DNA of 64,000 nucleotides from an uncultured Bacteroidales bacterium (GCA_964431135.1 CAYSIN010000005.1:245-64244); one strand, 5' to 3'. Numbered from the stretch's first letter, positions 1-9,926 are shown. Notes: generated by a model from the letters alone, not told the origin. Numbers and translations are program-made.

Positions 1-31
1 AATTCCATATTCTTAATTTTTTCAAAAACAT
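1..31 (-). CDS. 5' end of a gene running off the left edge; probably an AAA/OLD-family ATP-dependent nuclease
   Basis: ATG at 31-29 reads MFLKKLRIWN(F), preceded by AGAGGGG. Resembles the first beta-strand (LxIxNFR) of ABC/AAA-ATPase nucleases. Only 10 codons are visible. Confidence 0.35.
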   Translation of the reverse strand, partial: MFLKKLRIWN

Positions 32-78
32 ATTATTCCCCTCTAATATTTATAATTTTCAAAAATATGATATTTTTT

Positions 79-192
79 TCATTCCACCACCTCCCATTTT
101 TCCGGCAGTCGGGGTTCAATATATTGAATCATTACAAATTTTTGGAATTTACGTAATTGCGATTTGAATTCTATGTATTGCTGTTCGTCCAT
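79..192 (-). pseudogene. 37-aa ORF resembling a truncated HsdS N-terminus
   Basis: Manual translation MDEQQYIEFKSQLRKFQKFVMIQYIEPRLPEKWEVVE-stop. LPEKWEVV resembles the lP..WevvkL motif that opens HsdS, and it sits where hsdS is expected after hsdM/fic. Confidence 0.3.
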
Positions 193-208
193 ACGTTTGT
201 TTCCAAAA

Positions 209-1345
209 TTATTTATTGAATAGATCCACATATTCATTAAAAACAAACATTCTGTTTCTCTGAAATCCAGTTATTTCCTTTAAGATACCCTTATCCAAAA
301 ATTCCTTTACCAAATCGTTTGCCGCTTTAGATGAAAGGTTTGTTTTTTCTTGAACTTTCTTTACATTAACTACCGGTTCCTTAAAGAGATAATGCAGCAA
401 TTCCAAAGCGGTTTTGGAACGTTTGCCCATTGACATAATTTTTTCTTTTTCTATGCTATCTTTGAGCTCTGTCACCTGTTTTAATGTATCAAGAGCAATG
501 GAAGCAGTTTGAATAATTCCCGTTAAAAAGAATTTTAACCACTGTCCCAAATCATTTTCAAGGCGAACTTTCATTAAATTATCATAATACAACATTCTAT
601 TTTTTTCAAAAAAGTCTGAGAGATAGAGTAAAGGCTTTTCAAGAACTTCATTTGCCACCAGATATAAAGTAATAAAAAGCCTTCCTATTCTCCCATTACC
701 ATCAAGGAAAGGATGGATAGTTTCAAACTGATAGTGAGCAATGGCAATTTTAATTAAATGCGGTGTTTTAATTTCGTTATTATGCAAAAACATTTCAAAA
801 TCGCTTAATAAATCCGGCAATTCGTTCCATGCTGGAGGGATAAAAACGGCAACATTAATACTACTTCCACCAATCCAGTTTTGAGATTTTCTAAATTCTC
901 CGGGATTTTTATATTTACCTCTTCCGCTTGAAAGTAATATCTTGTGAGTATCTCGTATCAATCTGTTAGAGAGAGGAAGACTTTTTAATTTTTTAATCGC
1001 ATTGTTCATTGCTTTAATATAATTAGTAACCTCTTTCCAGTCATCCCGCTTTTCAGGTTCTATTTCTTTTTCTTCAATAAATGCTTCTTCGATATTGGTT
1101 TTAGTCCCTTCTATTCGACTTGATACAACCGCTTCCTTAAAAATATGCATTAATATAAACATATCGGTATCAGGTACAAACCTGGAAAAAGCGTTTAATT
1201 CTCCAATTTTAAGCGATGCCTCTTCCAGAAGTTTATTAATAGTTTCATCTGTCCAGACATAAGAATGATTTATCTTTTCCGGAAGAAAATACTTATATCC
1301 TGCACCACTTTTTAATGTTCCTGCTTTAAAGTCCTTTATATCCAT
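209..1345 (-). CDS. fic: Fic family protein (class II-like, C-terminal winged helix)
   Basis: Canonical HPFLDGNGRIGR active-site motif, N-terminal SSRIEG inhibitory motif, C-terminal HTH-like segment. Confidence 0.9.
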   Translation of the reverse strand: MDIKDFKAGTLKSGAGYKYFLPEKINHSYVWTDETINKLLEEASLKIGELNAFSRFVPDTDMFILMHIFKEAVVSSRIEGTKTNIEEAFIEEKEIEPEKRDDWKEVTNYIKAMNNAIKKLKSLPLSNRLIRDTHKILLSSGRGKYKNPGEFRKSQNWIGGSSINVAVFIPPAWNELPDLLSDFEMFLHNNEIKTPHLIKIAIAHYQFETIHPFLDGNGRIGRLFITLYLVANEVLEKPLLYLSDFFEKNRMLYYDNLMKVRLENDLGQWLKFFLTGIIQTASIALDTLKQVTELKDSIEKEKIMSMGKRSKTALELLHYLFKEPVVNVKKVQEKTNLSSKAANDLVKEFLDKGILKEITGFQRNRMFVFNEYVDLFNK

Positions 1346-1371
1346 AATACTTCTATATATTTTTAAAAAAA

Positions 1372-1467
1372 TTATATTTTACTTTATATCACTAAAATAA
1401 AATAAGAAAATTTATATTTTACTTTACGTTGCAAAAGTAAAATAAGAAAACTTATATTTTACTTTTA
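1372..1467. repeat. 40-bp tandem repeat (about 2.4 units) with internal inverted repeats, containing the fic promoter
   Basis: TTATATTTTACTTT at 1372, 1412 and 1452; AAAATAAGAAAA twice. Minus-strand -7 element TACTTTTG at 1439-1432. Confidence 0.75.
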
Positions 1468-3003
1468 CCATAATCCCAACTCTTCTAAAATTGCTTTCAT
1501 TTTTTTGTCGGCTTCATTTTGTTCTTCTTCTGCCTCCTTTAGTTGCACGATGGCATCCTCAAGGTCAAGGGTATCATCCTCACCATTTTGAGCCACGTAG
1601 CGGCTGGGGCTCAGGTTGTAATCGTTTCGGGCAGATTCTTCCTTTGTAATAATCTTACTAATACCTTCTTCCTCCTTCCATTTAAGATATATGTCGGCAA
1701 TCTGTGTTATGCTTTCTTCTGGCAAGTAATTCTTTGGTCTGCCTTTCTTGAAGAGTTTTGAAGCATTAAGGAGTAGCATCTTCCCCTTTCGTTCTTTTTT
1801 CTTTGCTTTGTTGATGACAATAATTATCCCTGGGGCCGTGGTGTTGTAGAAAAGATTTTCAGGCAGCAGAAGCACCGCCTCCACAAGGTCGTTTTCTATA
1901 AACTTTTTTCTAATATCTCGCTCGCGATTACTGCCTGCATTACCACTTCCACGGGAAACAGCACCTGTATCGAGCACAACTGCCATTTTGCCTTTGTTAT
2001 TGAGCGAGGCAAACATGTGCTGAATCCAGCCCCAGTCAGCACTATTGGAAGGAGGGTATCCGTAGTCAAAACGGTTATATGCGTCGTTTTCATAGACCGT
2101 CTGTGGAAAATCCTGATTCCACATTGGATTGGCAGTAACAATATCAAATTTTTCGAGTGAACCCTGTGTTGTAAGAAATGCTGGTCGGTTCATCGTATCA
2201 CCGAGTGCTATTATTGCTTCCATGTCATGGATAAAGGCATTCATCTTTGCCATGGAGAATGTTGAAGCAAGCACCTCCTGCCCATAATACTTGAGCGGAT
2301 TCATTGAGGGATCGGAACCAAACTTTTCCTTAAATCTTAAAAAACATTTGATAAGCAAACCACCTGAACCACAACAAGGGTCATAGACCTTTTTTCCAGG
2401 TTCAGGGTCAAGAATGTACGACATCAGTATGGCAACCTCGCCGGGAGTATAGAATTCGCCCGCGCTCTGACCGGAACCTTCGGCAAATTTCCGCAGCAAA
2501 TATTCGTACGCTCTCCCCAGAATGTCTGCATCAACATCATTCAAGCCTAGTCGGTATTTGCTCAGCACGTTGATAAGTTCTTTCAGTACATCATCGCCAA
2601 GAATTCGCTGCCCCGATGTTGTTGCATTAAAATCCACTGTATCCACCACACCCTGCAGTTTTGGATTTTCCTTTGCAATGGAACGAACGGTATTGGTAAG
2701 GTGTTCTCCCACATTGGTAGTATGTTTTGCAATTGCTTCCCATCTAGCGTTTTGGGGCAAATAAAAACGGACAATTTTATGATCTTTTGCCAGTAAATCT
2801 TCGGCTGTTTCTTTTGAATCATAGTCCTGTGACAACTTATTAAGTTCATCCTCAAACACATCCGAAAGCCTCTTAAAAAAAATGAGAGGCAGAATGTAGT
2901 CTTTATATTTTGGTGCATCAATGGGTCCACGGATTTTGCAGGCGGCTTCCCAGAGCCATGTTTCCAATGCTTTTATGTCCAATTTATTTTGATAACTATT
3001 CAT
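1465..3003 (-). CDS. hsdM: Type I restriction-modification N6-adenine methyltransferase (M subunit)
   Basis: LETWLWEAACKIRG N-terminal domain, GEFYTP, DPCCGSGG SAM-binding motif, NPMW motif IV, LPENLFYNT. Confidence 0.93.
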   Translation of the reverse strand: MNSYQNKLDIKALETWLWEAACKIRGPIDAPKYKDYILPLIFFKRLSDVFEDELNKLSQDYDSKETAEDLLAKDHKIVRFYLPQNARWEAIAKHTTNVGEHLTNTVRSIAKENPKLQGVVDTVDFNATTSGQRILGDDVLKELINVLSKYRLGLNDVDADILGRAYEYLLRKFAEGSGQSAGEFYTPGEVAILMSYILDPEPGKKVYDPCCGSGGLLIKCFLRFKEKFGSDPSMNPLKYYGQEVLASTFSMAKMNAFIHDMEAIIALGDTMNRPAFLTTQGSLEKFDIVTANPMWNQDFPQTVYENDAYNRFDYGYPPSNSADWGWIQHMFASLNNKGKMAVVLDTGAVSRGSGNAGSNRERDIRKKFIENDLVEAVLLLPENLFYNTTAPGIIIVINKAKKKERKGKMLLLNASKLFKKGRPKNYLPEESITQIADIYLKWKEEEGISKIITKEESARNDYNLSPSRYVAQNGEDDTLDLEDAIVQLKEAEEEQNEADKKMKAILEELGLW

Positions 3004-3109
3004 AATTTTATTATTGACAGATTTATATTATTTTTTTATTACACAAATGTAGTAATAATATCAAACCGCAATCCTATCCATCCTAGAAAAGTCACTTGAA
3101 TTTAGTAAA

Positions 3110-4288
3110 TTAGCACAATCCATTTATTATGGTATGACACACCTCATATATCTGGTTTTCGGAAATAGTAAGGGGCGGTGCAATACGTATGGCAGCATTG
3201 TTGTATAAAAACCAATCGAGTAAAACGCCCTGTTTAAAGGCATATTGAATTACTTTTTGCACTTCATAATACGAATTCAACTGAACTGCCAACATCAGTC
3301 CTATGCCCCTGACTTCATAAATACAACTATCATGGAGCAATGTTTTAAACAATTTTTCCTTTTCAGGAATCTTTTTTAATAAATTTTCTTCTTCCAAAAC
3401 CTGAATAGATGCCAATGACGCTGCACAACATAATGGGTTACCTCCAAAGGTAGTCATGTGTCCAAGTGTTGGATTATGTGTAAACGAATCCATTATTTTT
3501 TTATCTGCCAGGAAGGCACCAAGCGGCAAACCTGCTCCCAAGGCTTTAGCCAATAACAATATGTCGGGAATTACATTATAATGCTGATAGGCAAAAATAT
3601 TTCCAGTTCTGCCCATACCGCTTTGAATTTCATCAAATATAAGCAGACAGCCTTTTTCGTTACACTTATCGCGCAGTGCCATTAAAAAATCTATAGTTGC
3701 TGGAATATACCCGGCTTCACCCTGCACGGGTTCAACAATTACGCACGCCGTTTTAGTATCAATCTGTGATAGTTCATCTATATTATTAAACTGCAAATGA
3801 CATACATTTTCTAAAAACGGACCATATACATCGGTATTTTCGGCATCTGTCCATAAACTCATGGCACCTAATGTACTTCCATGATAAGCATTTTCGAAGG
3901 CAATTATTTTTTTTCTTCCTGTATAGCGACGTGCCAATTTTAAACTGCCCTCTACCGCTTCAGCACCCGAATTGACAAAGTAAACGGCATTCAATTTATC
4001 TTGCGTTAACATGGACAACTTTTGAGCCAATAATACCTGTGGCGACTGAATATGCTCCCCATACACCATCGTGTGCAAATATTTATTTGCCTGACTTTCT
4101 ATAGCCCTCACAACGGCTGGGTGTGCATGCCCTATATTGCTAACAGCAATTCCTGAAATGCAATCTAAATAAGCCTTTCCGTTTTCATCATAAATATATT
4201 CTTTAGTAGCATTGGAAACAGTAAGACCCACGGGCAAATCAGACGTTTGTGCCACATGATTAAAAAATAAATCACGCAGTGTATGCAT
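3110..4288 (-). CDS. Class III PLP aminotransferase (acetylornithine aminotransferase-like)
   Basis: YHGST, EPVQGEAG, FDEIQSGMGRTG, PLP lysine in DILLLAKALGAG, TTFGGNP. Confidence 0.85.
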   Translation of the reverse strand: MHTLRDLFFNHVAQTSDLPVGLTVSNATKEYIYDENGKAYLDCISGIAVSNIGHAHPAVVRAIESQANKYLHTMVYGEHIQSPQVLLAQKLSMLTQDKLNAVYFVNSGAEAVEGSLKLARRYTGRKKIIAFENAYHGSTLGAMSLWTDAENTDVYGPFLENVCHLQFNNIDELSQIDTKTACVIVEPVQGEAGYIPATIDFLMALRDKCNEKGCLLIFDEIQSGMGRTGNIFAYQHYNVIPDILLLAKALGAGLPLGAFLADKKIMDSFTHNPTLGHMTTFGGNPLCCAASLASIQVLEEENLLKKIPEKEKLFKTLLHDSCIYEVRGIGLMLAVQLNSYYEVQKVIQYAFKQGVLLDWFLYNNAAIRIAPPLTISENQIYEVCHTIINGLC

Positions 4289-4289
4289 T

Positions 4290-5027
4290 CTACTTTAAAA
4301 TAATATTGATATCACGCAGCAAATCTTCTTTATACGATTTACCAATTGGCAGCAACCGTGTACCTTCGTTTGTTTTTACAATAACAGAATTTTCTTCTAT
4401 CCCTTTTATTTTATGCATATTGATAATATAGGAACGATGAATGCGTTTGAACTTATTAAGTGGCAATTTTTCTTCAATAGATTTCATAGTGAAGTGAATA
4501 GTATATTTTTCGTCGTAAGTAGAAATAATGATATAGTTTTCCAATGCTTCAATATATATAATATCATTAAGATTGAGTTTTAACAGCGTTGCATTTTTTT
4601 TGATAAAAATTTCATCTTGCACAGGCAACACCTCACTTTCCTTTTTTACGGGAATCAAATCATCCATTTTTTTATACGCTCTATCAATGGATTTATAAAA
4701 TCGTGCATACGTCAACGGTTTTAATAAATAATCGGTAACTTCGTATTCAAAAGCCGTTATGGCATATTTATCTTTTGCCGACACAATAATAATTTGCAAA
4801 TTATATTCCTTTAACGCATTTAAAAAATCAATGCCACTCATATCAGGCATTTCAATATCCAGAAAAATCAAATGAACGGGTTCGGGCATTTGTTTTACGG
4901 CGTTAATAGCATCTATAGCATTGGAGTATGACTGCAGTAAATTTAAAGTATCTGTTCGTTTGACATATTCTTCCAATACTTTTCTCGACATTTTATCGTC
5001 GTCAATAATAATACAATTCATTGCCAT
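4290..5027 (-). CDS. LytTR-family two-component response regulator
   Basis: Receiver IIDDD, FLDIEMP and YLLKP motifs; C-terminal FKRIHRSYIIN LytTR domain. Confidence 0.9.
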   Translation of the reverse strand: MAMNCIIIDDDKMSRKVLEEYVKRTDTLNLLQSYSNAIDAINAVKQMPEPVHLIFLDIEMPDMSGIDFLNALKEYNLQIIIVSAKDKYAITAFEYEVTDYLLKPLTYARFYKSIDRAYKKMDDLIPVKKESEVLPVQDEIFIKKNATLLKLNLNDIIYIEALENYIIISTYDEKYTIHFTMKSIEEKLPLNKFKRIHRSYIINMHKIKGIEENSVIVKTNEGTRLLPIGKSYKEDLLRDINIILK

Positions 5028-5133
5028 ATATTTATCTTTTTAGGTTTTTTATCATCGAATATTTTATTTTCGTCAAAATTTTTCATACGTTTACACGCTT
5101 TTTACGTTAAAACAAAAATAGTGTTTTATTTTT

Positions 5134-7863
5134 ATGAATAAAAAATTTTTTTTATTGTGCGTCCTCTTCATATTCAGTTCTTTACTAAATATTTTAACTG
5201 CACAATATGCTATTATTTTAAAAATTAAGCCCACATACAAGTCATTTTGCACCACAAACGAGATAAAAATAGCCGCGTATCAAACATTTTTTTCTTCTAA
5301 AAATTCTACTCCGAAACAACTTTTTCCTCACGCCTTTATTCCTGACAAAAAAAATGTTTTGGCTTTCCATGCCGTTGATATTTCGACTATATATGAATTT
5401 ATTGAATCTGACAGCATACAGGCACAAAAATCAATAACCTATTTATCTTCGTTGCCACAAACCGAATACTGTCATCGCAAGCATTATCCACAACTACTAT
5501 ATACTCCTAACGACCCGTATATTGGTAATCAATATCAATTGTTCAATATAAAAGCGTATGAAGCATGGAATATATATAAAGGCGATAATACTATTGTTAT
5601 TGGGATTATAGATACGGGAACAGAATTAGCCCACGACGATTTATGGCAAAATATTGCCTACAATTATGCTGACCCCATAGATGGCATAGACAACGATGGC
5701 GATGGCTATGTTGATAATTTCAAAGGTTGGGACCTTGGTAATAACGATAATAGTCCTGAATGGAGTGAGAATGCATTGGATGCCGAAGCACATGGTGTTT
5801 TAGTTAGTGGGTTGGCTGCCTGTACTACCAATAATAATATAGGTGTAGCAAGCCCAGCGTTTGCATCAAAATTTCTTCCTGTAAAAATTAATGATTCCAC
5901 AGGTATTCTAACTCGTGCCTATGAAGGTATTGTATATGTTGCTGACCATGGCTGCAATATTATCAATTGCTCGTGGGGCGGTACTGTTCCAGACGATTTT
6001 GGCAAAGACATTATAAAATATGCTACTTACAACAGAGGCTGTCTGGTGGTTGCCGCAGCAGGAAATGAAGGAAATACATTAAATCGTATTTATTATCCTG
6101 CCGCTTACGACGAAGTTATCTGTGTTGCTGCTACCAATTCCAGCGATATCAAATGGGTTAAATCGTGCTATGGCCCTCGTATTAATGTATGTGCACCCGG
6201 CGAGAATGTATTTTCTACGTATGAAAACAATGGATATACTTCCGGATGGGGAACTTCGTTTGCTTCACCCTTAGTGGCATCGGAAGCATCGTTGGTTTGG
6301 GGGTATCGTGGAAAACAACTCAACCCCTTCCAAATTAAATCTATTATAGAAAATACCTGCGACAATATTGATACGGTAAGCGGAAACGAAAATTTTGCTC
6401 ATCAGTTAGGCAAAGGACGGATTAACTGCTATCGTGCTTTAACTGATACTATTATTAAATCTGTTCGTTTTTATGATTATACTTTTTCTACTCATAACGA
6501 TACCACATATCTGTCTGGAAATTTTATTAATTTATTTCATGCGACCACTCATTTAGTTGCCCGATTAACTTCCGATAACCCGAATATTGTTATAGAAAAT
6601 CCCGTGTTAACCATAGGCGAAATGGACAGTTTACAAACATTCAACCATACAACAACTCCTTTCAAAATATACTATTTACCTTCATCTCCTTATGACATTA
6701 ATGTTTCCTTTTATCTTGAATTTATAGATACTAATTATTTTGATAAGCAATATTTGAATGCTACCATACATTTAAGTTATGCCGACCTGTACAATAGTGA
6801 TTTGTTGCTTACCGTTTGTGCCAATGGTAAATTGGGTTACAATTCTTTTAATCCAAGCGAGGGCAAAGGACTTTTGTTCAAATCGGATATCTCCTTACTT
6901 TCGGAAATGGGATTAATGGTTTCCGATGGTAATAATTATTCTTTTTCGTTCAGAGGTGGCAATGCTTTCAACATAAAAAAGGGAACGTTAAAAACCGAAG
7001 ATGGGGTACATGCAGAAACAAACTCATGTTTTAATGATTCGCTATCCATCAATCCAATTGGCTTGGATATTCATCTGAACGCTATGTTATCAAAATTACC
7101 TGCTCTTCGCGATTTTTTTATACTGAACTATACCATTACTAACAATAAAAGCAGTACCATCGATTCATTATTTGTAGGCTTGTTTTCAGATATGGACTTG
7201 TTAAATCCCTTTCGCAATAAAACAAACTACGACAGCCTCATGAAACTTCTATATGTATATCCCGCCAACATGGATGATGTGCATATCGGATTAATGTTAC
7301 CCGATTCTTATCCACATAAAATGTACGCTATAGATAACAATGGTCAAAACGGAAGCATCGATATAAACACAGGTTTCTCGCCTCAAGCCTTTAATACAGC
7401 CTTAACTACCAATAGATACAATGCTGGTGGACTTTATGGAAATGACGTTTCTATATTGACAAGTTATGGACCTGTTTCGCTCCTACCTCATGATTCAATT
7501 TCCTTGCATTTCATTATACCTGTTGGAAGAAATAAATATGAAATGATGCAATCGGCAATAAATGCGTTGACATATTATGATTCTATTATTGGTATAATGC
7601 CTGTTTCTTTTTCTCCAGATATTCTTATATTTCCCAATCCTGCGGATGGTTATTTTTTTATTCAATGCAACGACAATACTATTCAATCATTTCAGATGGA
7701 TATTTATGACTTGTTAGGGAATAATGTTTTTTCGGGTTCTTATATCAATCAACAGAATAATTCCATATCATTACATTTGCCACGTGGACTGTACATAGTA
7801 CATATTCGAACCAATGAACAGAAAAATTATTTCAGAAAACTGATAATAATGCCCACCCGATAG
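5134..7863 (+). CDS. S8 subtilisin-like serine protease with T9SS type A C-terminal sorting domain
   Basis: Signal peptide; catalytic IDTG, HG and GTSFASP; AAAGN; DGIDNDGDGYVD calcium loop; C-terminal IFPNPA...GLYIVHI...KLII domain. Confidence 0.9.
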   Translation: MNKKFFLLCVLFIFSSLLNILTAQYAIILKIKPTYKSFCTTNEIKIAAYQTFFSSKNSTPKQLFPHAFIPDKKNVLAFHAVDISTIYEFIESDSIQAQKSITYLSSLPQTEYCHRKHYPQLLYTPNDPYIGNQYQLFNIKAYEAWNIYKGDNTIVIGIIDTGTELAHDDLWQNIAYNYADPIDGIDNDGDGYVDNFKGWDLGNNDNSPEWSENALDAEAHGVLVSGLAACTTNNNIGVASPAFASKFLPVKINDSTGILTRAYEGIVYVADHGCNIINCSWGGTVPDDFGKDIIKYATYNRGCLVVAAAGNEGNTLNRIYYPAAYDEVICVAATNSSDIKWVKSCYGPRINVCAPGENVFSTYENNGYTSGWGTSFASPLVASEASLVWGYRGKQLNPFQIKSIIENTCDNIDTVSGNENFAHQLGKGRINCYRALTDTIIKSVRFYDYTFSTHNDTTYLSGNFINLFHATTHLVARLTSDNPNIVIENPVLTIGEMDSLQTFNHTTTPFKIYYLPSSPYDINVSFYLEFIDTNYFDKQYLNATIHLSYADLYNSDLLLTVCANGKLGYNSFNPSEGKGLLFKSDISLLSEMGLMVSDGNNYSFSFRGGNAFNIKKGTLKTEDGVHAETNSCFNDSLSINPIGLDIHLNAMLSKLPALRDFFILNYTITNNKSSTIDSLFVGLFSDMDLLNPFRNKTNYDSLMKLLYVYPANMDDVHIGLMLPDSYPHKMYAIDNNGQNGSIDINTGFSPQAFNTALTTNRYNAGGLYGNDVSILTSYGPVSLLPHDSISLHFIIPVGRNKYEMMQSAINALTYYDSIIGIMPVSFSPDILIFPNPADGYFFIQCNDNTIQSFQMDIYDLLGNNVFSGSYINQQNNSISLHLPRGLYIVHIRTNEQKNYFRKLIIMPTR

Positions 7864-7889
7864 TATGTATTACATGAATGTAATACATA
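7864..7889. terminator. AT-rich hairpin between the convergent protease gene and prs
   Basis: TATGTATTACA-TGAA-TGTAATACATA, a perfect 11-bp stem right after the stop codon; weak U-tract. Confidence 0.45.
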
Positions 7890-7961
7890 ATTTATTTCTG
7901 CATCAATCATCCCTCATCATTATTAATGAGATAACAAAAATGAAACTTCCGGTAGAAAAAA

Positions 7962-8897
7962 TTACACTATAAAAGTAGAACTGATAGATTGATAGTTGTA
8001 CACCTTATTAATAATATCGGCAAACAAATCGGCAATGGAAAGAATTTTAATTTTGGGTGATGTCTGCTTTAACGGAATTGAATCGGTAAATACCAGTTCA
8101 GTGATAGGTGATTTTTCAATCCTTTCGTAAGCATTTCCCGATAATACGGGATGTGTGGCAACTACGCGGACACTTTTTGCTCCTTTGTTCATCATCATTT
8201 CGGAAGCAATAGTAATAGTGCCCGCCGTATCAACCATATCATCCAAAATAATGACGTTCTTATTTTTTACTTCTCCAATCATGGAAATATGTTCAACCTG
8301 ATTGGCTTCTTTTCGCAATTTATAGCAGATAACCATATCGCAACCCAGAAAACGGGAATATGCATTGGCACGTTTGGAACCGCCCATATCGGGTGCTGCC
8401 ACTACCAGATTATCAAGATTTAATTGTTTGATATAAGGGACAAAGACGGCAGACGCATAAACATGGTCAACGGGTATATTGAAAAAGCCCTGTATCTGGT
8501 CGGCATGTAAATCCATCGTCATAATGCGGCTAAAGCCCGCCGTAGTCAATAAGTCAGCAACCACCTTTGCGCCGATTGAAACGCGAGGTTTATCTTTTCT
8601 GTCCTGTCTTGCCCATCCAAAATATGGGATGACGGCAATTATCTTGTGAGCAGATGCCCGTTTAGCAGCATCAGCCATTAACAGCAATTCCATTAAGTTG
8701 TCCACAGGTGGATACGTACTTTGAATGAGAAAAACATTGCATCCTCGTACTGTTTCTTCATACGAAGGTTGAAATTCACCATCGCTAAAAAAGGTTACCG
8801 AAGATTTTCCCAATGTAGTTCCAAATTTATCCGCAATTTTTTCGCCAATATTTTTTGATGTTCTTCCAGCAAAAAATTTTATCGGTGCTCTATGCAT
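7962..8897 (-). CDS. prs: Ribose-phosphate pyrophosphokinase
   Basis: FSDGE, YFGWARQDRK, DLHADQIQGFF, PDMGGSKRA, DDMVDTAGT, THPVLSG. Confidence 0.96.
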   Translation of the reverse strand: MHRAPIKFFAGRTSKNIGEKIADKFGTTLGKSSVTFFSDGEFQPSYEETVRGCNVFLIQSTYPPVDNLMELLLMADAAKRASAHKIIAVIPYFGWARQDRKDKPRVSIGAKVVADLLTTAGFSRIMTMDLHADQIQGFFNIPVDHVYASAVFVPYIKQLNLDNLVVAAPDMGGSKRANAYSRFLGCDMVICYKLRKEANQVEHISMIGEVKNKNVIILDDMVDTAGTITIASEMMMNKGAKSVRVVATHPVLSGNAYERIEKSPITELVFTDSIPLKQTSPKIKILSIADLFADIINKVYNYQSISSTFIV

Positions 8898-8938
8898 AAA
8901 TTTTTTTTTAATTGCTCAAAATTAACCATTATAATAAT

Positions 8939-8967
8939 AAAAAAAACTGTCTTGCGACAGTTTTTTT
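8939..8967 (-). terminator. Rho-independent terminator after thx
   Basis: A8-CTGTC-TTGC-GACAG-T7, 4 bp after the thx stop codon. Confidence 0.75.
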
Positions 8968-8970
8968 ATA

Positions 8971-9471
8971 TTATTTTTTTGTTTTAGCAGGTGCTTTTTT
9001 AGTTGTCTTTTTTGCTTCAGCCGTAGAAGTTTTTTTCTCTTTGTCTTTTACAGGTTTCGAAACGCTACTTTTAGTGGAAGATTTTTTTTCTGACACTTTT
9101 GTTTTAGCAGTAGTTTTTTTTGCTTCTGTTTTTGCTTCTGTTTTTGTTTTTGTTTTCTTTTCTATGGCTTTTTCTTTTTTGGCTGGAGTTGTTTTGATTA
9201 CATCCTTTTCTTTGGTTGCTGTCTTTTTGACTGTTTTTGGCTTTGGTTCTTTTATTTTTTGAACAGTTTCATTTACAACTGCAACCACAGTGTTCGTTTC
9301 AACTTCCATACTTGGAATTACAACAGGTTGAATTTCCTGTTTAAGCGGTTTAATCTCTTTTTCTTTTTTAGTCGGAATAAATGATGTATTATTTTTTTTG
9401 TGTGGACGACGAACACCATACGTTCCCAAAATAATTTTTCCACGACGTGATTTTTTGTCTCCTTTTCCCAT
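8971..9471 (-). CDS. thx: 30S ribosomal protein THX (bTHX) with a long Lys/Thr/Ala-rich C-terminal tail
   Basis: N-terminus MGKGDKKSRRGKIILGTYGVRRP matches the THX signature; the remaining ~140 aa are low complexity. Confidence 0.75.
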   Translation of the reverse strand: MGKGDKKSRRGKIILGTYGVRRPHKKNNTSFIPTKKEKEIKPLKQEIQPVVIPSMEVETNTVVAVVNETVQKIKEPKPKTVKKTATKEKDVIKTTPAKKEKAIEKKTKTKTEAKTEAKKTTAKTKVSEKKSSTKSSVSKPVKDKEKKTSTAEAKKTTKKAPAKTKK

Positions 9472-9489
9472 AATGAACTTAATTTTAAA

Positions 9490-9924
9490 TTAATAAAAAT
9501 TTTTTAACTGAGCCGTTTCTATTTTTTCATTGTTTACAAAAACGTAAGGTATTTTAAAAGCCTGATTTAACACTAATATTACATTATTCATTGAATAACC
9601 GGGTTTACATGTTATTGTTACTTGCCTTGTAATATTATCGGTGAAGATTTTTGATACAGACATTTCAACAATACCTTTATATGCTTTAAAAACAGAAACG
9701 AACATGGCAGCATCTTCATCTTTGTTCAATCCTTTCACAAAAAACTGCATACTTTTTTGATTGCCTGTACTTACTATGATAGTATCGTTGGTGGTATAAA
9801 AAAACACCTCTACTTTACTAAAGTCAGGATTTTGTGCTAACGAAAGTACAGGAAATGCAAAAAATAAAAAACATGTTACTTGTTTGGAAAGAACTTTAAC
9901 AGATTCTGCCCAGCAGTTTAACAT
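9490..9924 (-). CDS. Hypothetical exported protein with a possible HMA/ferredoxin-like fold
   Basis: Signal-peptide-like segment ending SLAQ; FFVKGL...KGIVEMSV pattern; 2 bp from the upstream gene. Confidence 0.6.
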   Translation of the reverse strand: MLNCWAESVKVLSKQVTCFLFFAFPVLSLAQNPDFSKVEVFFYTTNDTIIVSTGNQKSMQFFVKGLNKDEDAAMFVSVFKAYKGIVEMSVSKIFTDNITRQVTITCKPGYSMNNVILVLNQAFKIPYVFVNNEKIETAQLKNFY

Positions 9925-9926
9925 GC

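Noticed and set aside
3056-3075. AATATCAAACCGCAATCC as a fourth MITE copy at the island boundary
   Set aside because: Only about 10 bp match and no 3' terminus; could be chance.
4290-5027. Orphan LytTR regulator without a kinase
   Set aside because: Common in Bacteroidota; nothing unusual in the sequence.
8912-9262. Hydrophobic 116-aa plus-strand ORF
   Set aside because: Antisense shadow of the Lys-rich thx tail (AAA codons read as TTT).
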